From: Armatimonadota bacterium
Lineage (GTDB): Bacteria > Armatimonadota > UBA5829
Assembly (NCBI GenBank): GCA_046719185.1
Contig: JBDNDK010000002.1
Coordinates: 1 to 33,651, forward strand
Direction: 5' to 3'
DNA: 33,651 nucleotides
The notes under the pieces are model-generated. The model was not told the origin of the DNA. It ran no database searches and saw only the letters and a program-made list of their open reading frames with translations. This document shows positions 8,942 through 17,800 of this stretch, in pieces (positions within the stretch are counted from its first letter, which is position 1; every line of letters starts with the position of its first letter). A program made the position numbers and the translations under genes.

Positions 8942-11900
8942 ATGGTTTCTCAAAAGGATGTAAAAAAAGTATTATTACTTGGTCCTGGACCAGTTGAAAT
9001 TGGTGAAGGGTCAGAATTAGATAATGCTGTTTATAGAGCTTATCTTACATTAAAAGATAAGGGTATAGAAGTTATAGCTCTCACTTCAAATCCGTCATCA
9101 TTGATAGCAGATAAAGATGGAGCAGATATATTGTATATAGAACCACTCACAAAAGAGAGTATTATTTCAATAGCAGATATTGAGAAACCAGATGCAATTT
9201 TGCCTTGGTATGGTGGACAAACTGTACTTAATTTAATATCAAGTCTTGATGGTGAATATAAAAATTTATGCATAGGTACATCATTTGATAATGTTTACAC
9301 TTCTGAGGACAATGGACTTTTTTATGTGTTGATGAAAAGTGTTGATGTGCCTTGTGTAGAATGTAAATCAACAGATGTTTTTGAAGATGGTATTAGACTA
9401 ATCAGAGAAACAGGTTTCCCTGCATTCATAAAGCCTATAATGAGCTCAAATGGTATGGGTAGCTCAATTGTTTATAACAATGAAGAGTCTGTAAGCAAAC
9501 TTGCTTATGCTATGGAAATTAGTCCTGTTAAAAAAGCATGCATACAAAGAGGACTATTTGGCTGGAGAGAATTTCAGGCATGTGTGATATCAGATTCAAA
9601 TGGTGAATCTATTGTATTGGGCATCACTGAAAGCATTGAACCTGTGGGGATTCATTCTGGTGATTCTGTTCAGGTGTTTCCTGTGGTTTCTCTTTCTAAT
9701 TCTGCAATAGACGATTGTGTGAGTTATATAAAAAAGAGCATAAAAAAGCTTCAGATTTGTGGTGTTGCTGAAGTAAAATTAATGATGGAGCCACTTTCAG
9801 GAAAAGTTTATATTGGAAGTGTTGCTCCTAGATACAGCAGAACATCATCTTTTGTCTCTAAAATCATAGGTATATCAGCAGCCGATTTATCTATTGATGT
9901 TTTATTGGGTGCTTCAATTGATGAATTATCAAAAAAATGCTCTATAAATAACACAAATGCTAAATCAAAATGGGCTATTAGAACACCAGTGTTTGATTTA
10001 GAGACATTCAATCAAACAGAAAAATGCCTTAATACATCAATGAAGTCAACTGGTGCAAAAGTGGCATTTGGTGGCTGTTTCCTTGAAGCATTTCAAAAAA
10101 GCTTTATGAGTACTGTTATAAGTACAAGAAAAAGGTCAAAAAAAAGTGCAGCTGCAAATGCTGAAATTGATGAAAAGCATAGAGATGAAAGTATAGAAAA
10201 ATTAAGACAAAACTCTTCATCAGTAAATATGACAATAAATGCATTGCTAGCTGGAGTTGCAGAAGATGTTGTTTGTGATATTACGACCCTTCCAAAATGG
10301 TTTATCACCGAGATTGTAAAACTATATGAAACAAACACAAACCTAAAAGAAAAATCACTTGTAACTGTATCAAAAGATGATTTTGTGAATATAAAAAGAA
10401 TTGGTTATTCAGATAGCTGTTTAGCAGAAATCCTTGAAACTCAAGAAGAGCAGGTTAGGCTTAGAAGAGATATACTCAGTATTCATCCATCCTATACTAA
10501 TGTCAGCGAAAACAGTAGCTTGGTTAGTTATTCAACATATAATAATAATGAGAATTCTATATCTACATCAAATAAGAAAACTGTTGTAGTGATAGGTTCT
10601 GGAGCTTGCAGAATAGGAAATGGTTCACAATTCCAAAACAACACAGCTCAAGCATTATCTGCAGTCAAAGAAGCAGGATATTATTCAGTTCTTATAGACA
10701 ACAATCCAGATTCAATATCAATTGATGATTCAATATGTGATAAAGTATTTTTAGAGCCATTAAATATAGAAAATGTGCTTGAGATATTAAGAATTATCAA
10801 TCCTGAATTTGTTATAACTCAAATGGGTGGTATGAATGCTGTTAACATTGGCAAAGAGCTTATTAAAGCTGGGATCAATGTTGTAGGCACAAATCCTGAT
10901 AAAATATCTGATGCAAAAAGCAGAAACTCAATTAGTTTACAAGGAAATATAAAATTAGCAGATTTTGTAATAGTTAATTCTATAGAAGAAGCTGTTAAAG
11001 AAGCAAAGAAATTAGGCTATCCTATATTAGTAAGACCAAAATATGATTATCCAGGTCTATTGAGAGATATAGTTTTTGATGAAGCAGATTTGAAAGAGTT
11101 TATAAATGACACTCTCCCAGCATCAATAGAATCTCCTGTGATTCTTGATAGTTTCCTTGAAAATTCTGTAGAAGTTGATGTTGATGCAGTGTGTGATGGT
11201 GAAAATGTAGAAATATGTGGATTTGTGGAGCACATTGAGCTTGCTGGAGTGCATTCTGGAGACAGTGCAAGTGCATTTGGTGTATTGACACTTGATAAGA
11301 ATATAGTAGAAGAAATAAAAAATCAAGTGAAAAGCATTGCTATTAATATGGGTGTTAGTGGACCTCTGAATGTTCAGTTTGGGATTAAAGAATCAGATAT
11401 ATACATATTAGATATAAATCTATATGCATCTAGAACACTTCCAATGGTAAGCAAATCAACAGGTATATCTTGGGCAAAAGTTGCAACAAAAGTCATACTT
11501 GGTGAAAAACTATCAGATATGACACTTATTCCTTCAAACAAAGATTTAGTTGCAGTAAAAGAATCTGTATTTCCTTATGTAAGATTTCCTGGTGTTGATG
11601 TTGTATTGGGACCAAAAATGAGATCAACTGGTGAAGCTTTGGGAGTTGGTGAGGATTTTGGTACTGCATATCTTAAAGCTCAAATATCAGCTGGTCAGAT
11701 GTTGCCAAATTCAGGCAAAGCATTTGTGAGTGTATCTGATGCTGACAAATCAGAATTAACTGAAGTAGGTTCAAGACTCAAAAACTTAGGGTTTGATATA
11801 GTTGCTACAAGAGGAACTGCTAACACTTTAATTGAAGCTGGAATTGATGTTCAGGTGATACCTAAAATTGGTGATGGCAGACCAGATGCTATAGACTTTA

Positions 11901-12094
11901 TAAAAAATGGTGAAATCAGCCTTATTATAAACACTCCTAGTGGAAAGAAACCAAGACAGCATGAGATATATATTAGAAGCGTTGTTGTAGAACATGGTAT
12001 TCCAATAGTTACCACTCTTGCTGGTGCAAAGGCAACATTGCTTGGTATGGAAAGAGTGAAAGATGAAGGCTTGAAAGTATATAGGTTCAGATAA
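8942..12094 (+). CDS. carB: carbamoyl-phosphate synthase large subunit homologue, strongly divergent (possibly non-canonical function)
   Basis: The 1050-aa protein is collinear with CarB. It has two ATP-grasp halves (GIHSGDS and GVHSGDS), an oligomerisation linker (WFITEIVKLYE, IKRIGYSD) and a C-terminal MGS-like domain (ATRGTANTL, INTPSGKK). Several catalytic motifs are replaced (see findings). The SD AAAGGTG lies 9 nt upstream. Confidence 0.8.
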   Translation: MVSQKDVKKVLLLGPGPVEIGEGSELDNAVYRAYLTLKDKGIEVIALTSNPSSLIADKDGADILYIEPLTKESIISIADIEKPDAILPWYGGQTVLNLISSLDGEYKNLCIGTSFDNVYTSEDNGLFYVLMKSVDVPCVECKSTDVFEDGIRLIRETGFPAFIKPIMSSNGMGSSIVYNNEESVSKLAYAMEISPVKKACIQRGLFGWREFQACVISDSNGESIVLGITESIEPVGIHSGDSVQVFPVVSLSNSAIDDCVSYIKKSIKKLQICGVAEVKLMMEPLSGKVYIGSVAPRYSRTSSFVSKIIGISAADLSIDVLLGASIDELSKKCSINNTNAKSKWAIRTPVFDLETFNQTEKCLNTSMKSTGAKVAFGGCFLEAFQKSFMSTVISTRKRSKKSAAANAEIDEKHRDESIEKLRQNSSSVNMTINALLAGVAEDVVCDITTLPKWFITEIVKLYETNTNLKEKSLVTVSKDDFVNIKRIGYSDSCLAEILETQEEQVRLRRDILSIHPSYTNVSENSSLVSYSTYNNNENSISTSNKKTVVVIGSGACRIGNGSQFQNNTAQALSAVKEAGYYSVLIDNNPDSISIDDSICDKVFLEPLNIENVLEILRIINPEFVITQMGGMNAVNIGKELIKAGINVVGTNPDKISDAKSRNSISLQGNIKLADFVIVNSIEEAVKEAKKLGYPILVRPKYDYPGLLRDIVFDEADLKEFINDTLPASIESPVILDSFLENSVEVDVDAVCDGENVEICGFVEHIELAGVHSGDSASAFGVLTLDKNIVEEIKNQVKSIAINMGVSGPLNVQFGIKESDIYILDINLYASRTLPMVSKSTGISWAKVATKVILGEKLSDMTLIPSNKDLVAVKESVFPYVRFPGVDVVLGPKMRSTGEALGVGEDFGTAYLKAQISAGQMLPNSGKAFVSVSDADKSELTEVGSRLKNLGFDIVATRGTANTLIEAGIDVQVIPKIGDGRPDAIDFIKNGEISLIINTPSGKKPRQHEIYIRSVVVEHGIPIVTTLAGAKATLLGMERVKDEGLKVYRFR

Positions 12095-12115
12095 AATAAA
12101 AATGGAGAGAAAGCA

Positions 12116-13204
12116 ATGACATTTTTATATGGTAAAGAATACAAAAAAGAAGATCTGCTGAATAAAATTGGGGATATATCCCAAATTGCTGGTGCCAGAG
12201 AAATAACACTTAATGGTGGTATGCATGATGGTGTTAAAGCAGTTGATTTTAGAACAGGTAGCGGATTTAATTTTCTTGTTGTTCCAGATAGAGGTCTTGA
12301 TATTACAATAGCAGAGCATAATGGAAGACCAATAGCTTGGAGAGCACCTGCTGGTGAGGTTTCTCCATATTTTCATAATGAATTTGGCTTTGGTTGGCTA
12401 AGGTCATTTCCAGGTGGTCTGCTCACAACTTGTGGGTTAGTTACTGCTGGTGCTCCAAGTGAAGATGATGGAGAACAATTGGGCATTCATGGCAGGTATT
12501 CCAGCACACCTGCATCAAATGTATGGGTTGATGGTGAATGGGACGGAGATGACTATTGGATGTGGGTATGCGGTAAAGTAAGAGAATCTAGAATATTTGG
12601 TGAAAATCTCTTAATGAAGAGAAAAATAAGCACAAAGCTAGGCAGCAATGTAATTTATATTGATGATGAAGTAACTAATGAAAGCACAAAAGAAGTTCCG
12701 TTTATGATTTTATATCATATAAATGGGGGATATCCTGCAATAGATACAGGTTCAAAAATGTATAGTCCCACAAAAAAAGCCATTCCAAGAGATGCTGATG
12801 CTGAAGTGGATAAAGAAAACTATTTCTTGATTGATCCTCCAACAGATGGATATAAAGAAAGATGTTATTATCATGATATGATGACAGATAAAGATGGCTT
12901 TGTGACTACTGCTTTAATAAACAAAAATATGCCAAATGGAGTGCCATTTGGTTTTTATGTTAAATACAACAAAAATGAGCTTCCAAAGTTTACCCAATGG
13001 AAAATGAATGGTACAAAAGAATATGTGGTAGGTATGGAACCAGCAAACTGCTGGGTTGAAGGTAGGGCAAAAGAAAGAGAGAGAGGTACACTTCATTTTA
13101 TAAAGCCTAATGAAGTAAGAAAATTCCATTTGGAAATAGGTGTTATAGAAAGCCATGAAACCTGCCAGCAAATAGAAGATGCCATAAAAGCTTGTTCAAT
13201 CTAA
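12116..13204 (+). CDS. DUF4432 / aldose-1-epimerase-like (mutarotase-fold) family protein
   Basis: 362-aa ORF with a GGAGAG SD, starting 21 bp after the CarB-like gene. The family call is from memory of the DUF4432 pattern (GxxxxVxPDRGLDI, GIHGR, LYHINGGYP), so the function is uncertain. Confidence 0.7.
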   Translation: MTFLYGKEYKKEDLLNKIGDISQIAGAREITLNGGMHDGVKAVDFRTGSGFNFLVVPDRGLDITIAEHNGRPIAWRAPAGEVSPYFHNEFGFGWLRSFPGGLLTTCGLVTAGAPSEDDGEQLGIHGRYSSTPASNVWVDGEWDGDDYWMWVCGKVRESRIFGENLLMKRKISTKLGSNVIYIDDEVTNESTKEVPFMILYHINGGYPAIDTGSKMYSPTKKAIPRDADAEVDKENYFLIDPPTDGYKERCYYHDMMTDKDGFVTTALINKNMPNGVPFGFYVKYNKNELPKFTQWKMNGTKEYVVGMEPANCWVEGRAKERERGTLHFIKPNEVRKFHLEIGVIESHETCQQIEDAIKACSI

Positions 13205-13221
13205 AATATTGGGATAGATAT

Positions 13222-13410
13222 ATGGTTAAAAATATTGCATATCTTATATTAGGATTAATAATTATTGCTGTTGCAATCAGAATTGCTGTTTGGGTGCTTA
13301 AAATTGCAGTGGGTGTGCTTGGTTATGTAATAAACTTAGCTTTATTTGCCTTTGTTATCTATCTAATCTATCTAGGTATCAAATCCCTAATATCTTCTGC
13401 AAGAAGATAA
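13222..13410 (+). CDS. small 2-TM membrane protein, hypothetical
   Basis: Two hydrophobic helices (IAYLILGLIIIAVAIRIAVWVL and VINLALFAFVIYLIYLGI). ATG 13222 is preferred over the listed TTG 13192, which overlaps the upstream gene. As a short ORF it is only moderately supported. Confidence 0.5.
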   Translation: MVKNIAYLILGLIIIAVAIRIAVWVLKIAVGVLGYVINLALFAFVIYLIYLGIKSLISSARR

Positions 13411-13434
13411 TTTAAACACAGAGAAAAGGTTATC

Positions 13435-13659
13435 CTACCACCCAATCTTGCCTTTACCATTGCAAGGTTGAGTTATTTCTTCAATTGCTGAGTGATCGCA
13501 ATATCCTTTACATTTCATGCAACCTGAACATCTATAAAAATCAATCCAAGGCTTATCTTCTATATTTTCTCTTATCACAGCTTCCATTGTGCATTTTATC
13601 ATCACAGCACACTCACTGCAATTATTACATTTTTCTGGTTTTATCAATGCTCTTTTCAT
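13435..13659 (-). CDS. 2x[4Fe-4S] ferredoxin-type protein
   Basis: 74 aa with two cluster motifs, CNNCSECAVMIKC (CxxCxxCx5C) and CSGCMKCKGYC (CxxCxxCxxxC). It lies downstream of PFOR and the DHOD-like gene on the same strand. Confidence 0.8.
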   Translation of the reverse strand: MKRALIKPEKCNNCSECAVMIKCTMEAVIRENIEDKPWIDFYRCSGCMKCKGYCDHSAIEEITQPCNGKGKIGW

Positions 13660-13687
13660 AAGTTTATGTGTATCCTTTAGATATTGA

Positions 13688-13726
13688 GAAAAAAACCTGC
13701 CTGATTGAATATCAGACAGGTTTTTA
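13688..13726 (-). terminator. intrinsic (bidirectional-looking) terminator between the DHOD-like gene and the ferredoxin gene
   Basis: On the minus strand ACCTGTCTGAT / ATCAGGCAGGT forms 11 bp with one G-U, closes a short loop and is followed by T7. The plus-strand reading is followed by T5. Confidence 0.8.
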
Positions 13727-13745
13727 TTTGATTTTAATTCTCAAA

Positions 13746-14732
13746 TTAATCTCTGCTCATTAAAAGCTTCATATATTGAGCTCTTTCAAAAGTCTTAGGA
13801 TCATCAACATTTGCCTGATTCACCTTCCCTTTGAAGTCAGATATATTAGCATATCCTTTGTTATTCATCCATGCTTCTATTTCTTTATTTATCACACCAA
13901 TTTGTGAGAGGCCATTCTTATAAAGAGTTGAGACACATTGAACAGCACAAGCACCTGCTAATAATTGTTTTACTGCATCTTTTCCATTTTGTATTCCTGT
14001 GCTTGCACAAATATCAGCTCCAACTTTATCAGACAAAATAGCAACCCATCTAAGTGGTAATCTTGACTCTTCTGATGTGCTGAGTTCAAGATTTACAAGT
14101 GGAGATTGTGTATCTATATCTATAGTTGGTTGATAGAACCTATTGAATAATACTAGACCCTTTACTCCAGCTTCAACAGCTTTTTTTGCAAAGTTAGCAA
14201 CTGAAGTATAAAATGGACTGATTTTTAGAGAAACAGGTATCTTTACTTCAGAAACCACAGAGCTTATTGTATCAATTGCTTGATTTTCAATATCTGCGGA
14301 TGATTTATTCATATCTGTTTCTACTGAATATATATTAAGCTCTAGAGCATTGCAGCCTGCCTCTTCAAGCAACTTAGCATATTCAACCCAGTTTCCCTTA
14401 CTTGTTGCATTCAAACTGCCAATAAGTGGAAAATTTACAGCTTTTCTTGTCTTTTCTACCCACATTATATGTTCTCTAGGTCCACTATGTTCCATCTGAG
14501 GGAAAAAACTCAAAGATTCTGCATAAATATTTGAACCATAATTTAATGCCTCTTCAAGCTCTTGTGCTTCCATCTCTATTTGTTCTTGATATAGGCTTTT
14601 GATTACAAGTGCTCCAGCTCCATTATCTTCAGCTTTTTTAATATTATCCACCATTTTGGATATTGTACAAGCACCAACTATCAAAGGGCTGGAAAGTTCA
14701 ATTCCCATATAAGTTGTATTTAAATTTGCCAT
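13746..14732 (-). CDS. dihydroorotate dehydrogenase-like flavoprotein (class-1 DHOD fold, non-canonical active-site motif)
   Basis: It shows the TIM-barrel DHOD pattern and the FMN-site tail STGIQNGKDAVKQLLAGACAVQ. The active-site stretch reads LELNIYSVE instead of ELN(I/L)S(C/S)PN. GGAG lies 9 nt before ATG 14732; the listed start at 14741 abuts the SD. Confidence 0.8.
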   Translation of the reverse strand: MANLNTTYMGIELSSPLIVGACTISKMVDNIKKAEDNGAGALVIKSLYQEQIEMEAQELEEALNYGSNIYAESLSFFPQMEHSGPREHIMWVEKTRKAVNFPLIGSLNATSKGNWVEYAKLLEEAGCNALELNIYSVETDMNKSSADIENQAIDTISSVVSEVKIPVSLKISPFYTSVANFAKKAVEAGVKGLVLFNRFYQPTIDIDTQSPLVNLELSTSEESRLPLRWVAILSDKVGADICASTGIQNGKDAVKQLLAGACAVQCVSTLYKNGLSQIGVINKEIEAWMNNKGYANISDFKGKVNQANVDDPKTFERAQYMKLLMSRD

Positions 14733-14816
14733 AATTAGCATCTCCCAGTTAATCTAAAAAAGTATTATTGAGGTGTAATAAACACCTTAAATATACCCTT
14801 AAATCATTTAATCTAT

Positions 14817-17800
14817 TTATTCTTTGTTACCATTGCCATTTATGTTGAGACTTGCCAATTGCTCATAAAATTTGAATTTCTTTTTTGTATCTTCACTAGC
14901 AAGTACCATAAGTTTAGAAGCAGCATCAGGATTGATTTTCTTCAGTACTTTATATCTGTTTTCAGCATAGGCGTAATCAGCAAAATCCATTGTAGGAGGC
15001 TTGCTGTCAAGTGATAATGGATTTTCCCCTTTTGCAGCTAAATCAGGATTGTACCTTATTAGTGGCCAATGTCCACTAGCAACGGCATTCTTTTGGTGTT
15101 CTATACCAAATGTATTGTTAATACCGTGTGCAATACAGTGAGCATAGCAAAGAATAAGTGAAGGTCCATCATAAGCTTCAGCTTCAACCATTGTCTTCAC
15201 CAAATGAGCAGGATTTGAAAGTGATACTCTTGCTACATAAACACTGCCATAACTCATTGCCATCATTGCAAGATCTTTCTTGCCTGTTGGTTTTCCACCA
15301 GCAGCAAATTTTGCTGTAGCTGCTCTTGGTGTAGATTTAGACATCTGTCCACCAGTGTTAGAATAAACTTCAGTATCTAACACTAAAAGATTAACATTTC
15401 TACCACTAGCTATTACATGGTCAAGACCACCAAATCCAATGTCATAAGCCCATCCATCACCACCAATAATCCATACAGATTTCTTAACAAGATAATCTGC
15501 AACACTTTCTAATTGCTTGCATACTTCGCACTCAGATTTAAGTGATTCCTTCAATTCTCTCACTCTAGCTCTTTGTGCATCAATGCCTTCAAGTGATGAT
15601 TGATCTGCATTCTTTATAGCATCAGCCAAGCTTTGAGATACACAACCTATCTCAACTGCTTTGTCAAGTAATTCAATAGCATATTCATTAAACTTATCAA
15701 TAGTTAATCTAAAACCAAATCCAAATTCTGCATTATCCTCAAATAATGAATTGCTCCAAGCAGGACCCAATCCATTTTTATTTGTGCAGTATGGAGTAGT
15801 AGGTAAGTTTCCACCATAGATCGATGAGCAGCCGGTTGCATTAGCAATTATGGCTCTATCACCAAATAATTGGCTTACAAGTTTCACATATGGTGTTTCA
15901 CCGCAGCCAGAGCATGCACCAGAAAACTCAAATAAAGCCGGCAGGAACTGACTTCCTTTAACAGTATCAATTTTTATTCCCTCTGGCACTTCATCAGGAA
16001 GTGACAAAAAGAAGTTCCAGTTTTCTCTTTCACGGTCTCTTATAGGATGCTGCGTTACCATATTTATTGCTTTCTTCCCGGTTGGCTGTTTATTAGCATC
16101 TTTTTCTACAGCAGGGCAGTTTTGAACACAAAGTCCGCAGCCCGTGCAATCTTCAGGAGCTACTTGAACGGTAAATTTTTTGCCTTTTATCTGAGCTTTA
16201 CCATCAGTGCTCTTAAATGTTTTAGGAGCACCAGCAAGTAAGCTTTCATCATAAGCTTTCATTCTAATTGCAGCATGTGGGCAGTATAAAGAACAGAATC
16301 CACATTGAATACATAATTCTTCATTCCATTCAGGAATTTCAACTGCAATATTCCTCTTTTCATATTGAGTTGTTCCAACAGGAAACCTGCCGTCAGCTGG
16401 CATCTTGCTAACAGGAATATCATCACCTCTGCCAGCAATAATTTCAGCAGTTACTGTTTTTACAAACTCAGGAGCATCATCACCAACCACAGGAGGCATT
16501 GTTATGCTGCTTGTAACTTTTTTGGGATATTTTACTTCATGTATATTGTCAAGAGCTGCATCAACAGCTTTATTATTCATTTCAACAATAACTTCACCCT
16601 TGTTGCCATAAGTTTTCTTTATTGCTTTTCTAATTGCTTCAATTGCTTGATCAACAGGGATAACTTCACTAATTTTGAAGAAAGCTGTTTGCATAATGAT
16701 ATTAATTCTTGGACCAAGACCTATGTTTTGAGCAAGATTAATTGCATCTATTACATAAAACTTAACTTTTTTATCAATAATCTGCTTTTGTACTTCTTGA
16801 GGAAGTGTATCCCATACTTCATCTGCACTATATGGCGTAGTAAGCAGGAATGTTCCGCCTTCTTCAATTTTGCTAAGCATATCATATTTTTCAAGAAAGG
16901 TTGGATTGTGGCAAGCCACAAAGTTTGCTTTATCAATAAGATATGGACTTCTGATTGGATTTTTTCCAAATCTTAGGTGCGATACTGTTATTGAACCAGC
17001 TTTTTTGGAGTCATACACAAAATATCCTTGAGCATAGTTGTCAGTTTCATCTCCAATGATTTTGATAGAGTTTTTATTAGCACCAACAGTTCCATCAGCA
17101 CCTAAACCAAAGAACATTGCCCTATATACATCAGAGCTTGCAGTTGAGAATGATTTATCATATTTAATACTCTTTCCTGTAACATCATCTTCAATTCCAA
17201 CCGCAAAATGGTTCATTGGAGCATCTGAGTTAAGGTTATCAAATACACCTTTAACCATAGCTGGTGTAAATTCTTTTGAACCTAATCCATACCTGCCCCC
17301 AACAACTACAGGCATTGATTTAAATGGAGCTGTTCCATCTCTTAATGCTTCATCAATTGCTGCCACAACATCAAGATAAAGAGGTTCACCAAGGCTTCCG
17401 GGTTCTTTTGTTCTATCTAGAACAGCAATTTTCTTAACACTGGCAGGAAGAACCTTAACAAAGTCTTTGATACTAAATGGTCTATAGAGTCTTACTTTAA
17501 CAAGACCAACTTTTTCTCCTTGCTTATTAAGATAATCAACTGTTTCATGAGTTGTATCACAACCAGAACCCATAATTACTATCACTTTTTCAGCATCAGG
17601 TGCACCAACATAATCAAATAAGTTATATTGTCTTCCTATTAATTTTGCAAATTTGTCCATTGTTTTCTGAACAATTGCTGGAGTTGCTTCATAAAATTTA
17701 TTGACAGTCTCTCTGCCTTGAAAGTAAACATCAGGGTTTTGAGCAGTTCCACTTATCGTTGGATGATCTGGACTTAAAGCTCTTTTCTTGTGAGCTATCA

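Noticed and set aside
9040-12144. Multiple 60-100-aa minus-strand ORFs inside the CarB-like gene. Short ORFs of the same kind lie inside dxs, lepA, pdhA/B, folC, the DUF4432 gene, dapB, rnj and ychF.
   Set aside because: All are nested antisense or out of frame within long conserved genes, and all lack start-site signals. I treat them as non-coding.
16365-16976. 203-aa plus-strand ORF antisense to PFOR. Similar antisense ORFs occur at 16047-16241, 16405-16611, 17038-17379 and 18135-18446.
   Set aside because: They lie entirely inside a well-supported 1193-aa PFOR gene on the other strand. Their translations are low-complexity or Cys/Phe/Ile-rich with no motifs and no SD. This is the usual shadow-ORF artefact in AT-rich DNA.
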